Source: Candidatus Woesearchaeota archaeon
GTDB lineage: Archaea > Nanobdellota > Nanobdellia > Pacearchaeales > GW2011-AR1
NCBI GenBank assembly: GCA_964365855.1
Contig: CAYIRC010000003.1
Span: 2,629-50,090 of the forward strand
Reading direction: 5' to 3'
DNA: 47,462 nucleotides
A model generated the notes under the pieces. That model was not told the DNA's origin. It made no database searches and saw nothing but the letters and a program-made list of their open reading frames with translations. Within the stretch, counting starts at the first letter, position 1, and each line of letters starts with the position of its first letter. Positions 46,476 through 47,462 of the stretch are shown one piece after another. A program made the translations under genes and the position numbers.

Positions 46476-47372
46476 ATGGAAAAAGTAACAATAAATTTCT
46501 TAGGAACAGGCAATGCAATCCCTACAAAGGAAAAAAATCACACTGCCATACTTGCTAGTTTCAAAAATGAAATAATCCTTGTCGATTGCGGTGAAGGAAC
46601 TCAAAGACAGCTTAAGATAGCAGGTTTAAGTGCGCATAAAATAAACCGCATTTTAATAACCCACTGGCATGGAGACCATATTCTCGGTCTTCCAGGCTTA
46701 TTTGAAACTCTGGTTATGACAGGATATACCAAGAAGCTAAAAATTTACGGTCCAAAAGGAACAAAATATTTCATGTCAATTTTATTAAAGCTTATTCCAG
46801 GCTTAAAATTACTGCTGGAAATCCATGAAGTCTCTGGAAAATTTATAGATGAAAAAGATTTTTACATAGAAGCAAAACCGATGTCGCACGGAGTTCCAAC
46901 AAATGCCTATGCAATTGTAATTAAAGATAAAATAAGAATAGATAAAAACAAGATAAAAAAGTTAAGAATTCCTCAATCACCTCTGCTGGGAAAATTACAG
47001 CAGGGAAAAGATATAATTATTGATAACAAGAAAATAAAGGCAAAAGATGTAACCTATTTGGAAAAAGGCAAAAAAGTTTCTTTTATACTTGATACAAAAA
47101 TGAATGATAATAGCATAAAGTTAGCTAAAAATTCTGATATCCTGATTATAGAATCTGCTTTTTCATCTGAAGAAGCAAGGAAGGCAAAAGCAAAAGAGCA
47201 TTTAACATCTGAAGAAGCAGCAATAATAGCAAAAAAAGCAAAAGTAAAGCAATTAATTTTAACACATATCTCACAAAGATATGAGCATTGCCCTGAAGTT
47301 ATAGAAAATGAGGCAAAAAAAATATTTAAAAATGTCTCAATCGCAAAAGATTTTGATAAGATAGAAGTCTAA
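46476..47372 (+). CDS. rnz: Ribonuclease Z
   Basis: FLGT....PT, DCGEGTQ, THWHGDHILG, exosite, DT, HLT, LTHISQRY. Confidence 0.96.
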   Translation: MEKVTINFLGTGNAIPTKEKNHTAILASFKNEIILVDCGEGTQRQLKIAGLSAHKINRILITHWHGDHILGLPGLFETLVMTGYTKKLKIYGPKGTKYFMSILLKLIPGLKLLLEIHEVSGKFIDEKDFYIEAKPMSHGVPTNAYAIVIKDKIRIDKNKIKKLRIPQSPLLGKLQQGKDIIIDNKKIKAKDVTYLEKGKKVSFILDTKMNDNSIKLAKNSDILIIESAFSSEEARKAKAKEHLTSEEAAIIAKKAKVKQLILTHISQRYEHCPEVIENEAKKIFKNVSIAKDFDKIEV

Positions 47373-47462
47373 GCTTTTTACTAATAAAGAACCTTTAATT
47401 TTACAGGTATAGTCAAGGACATCACAAAGTCCTTGAGTTTGTTCGTGGACTTTGGGAGACAG

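Noticed and set aside
2971-47462. Dispersed repeats as a CRISPR array
   Set aside because: They are not tandem, there are no regular spacers, and no cas genes are present.

Overview
AT-rich archaeal chromosomal window. The gene set and protein styles point to a DPANN archaeon (Pacearchaeota/Woesearchaeota-like; inference). Housekeeping content: aIF-1A, EndA, S17e, GlyRS, RNase Z, MinD, HIT, a ZIP transporter, malic enzyme and four tRNAs, one with a BHB intron. The centre (7.9-34.7 kb, minus strand) is a surface-protein locus ending in a 5625-aa gene that fuses LamG, Gly-rich repeat, beta-helix and Ig-like regions through one TM helix to a cytoplasmic HerA/VirB4-like ATPase. Upstream of it is a cassette-like array in which three copies of that protein's 'head' and two copies of an upstream surface protein's 'tail' alternate with defence/TA cargo (AAA-DUF4143, two MNT-HEPN pairs). 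One head runs into an intein N-terminal half followed by a complete antitoxin-PIN operon encoded antisense in the same open frame. Two free-standing LAGLIDADG genes each lie between a host gene's 3' end and a displaced second copy of that 3' end (glyS and a CAT tRNA). Several families of small hairpin elements are dispersed through the window, including a 69-bp TA-flanked MITE that disrupts a peptidase E gene. All calls come from reading motifs by eye; no searches were run.
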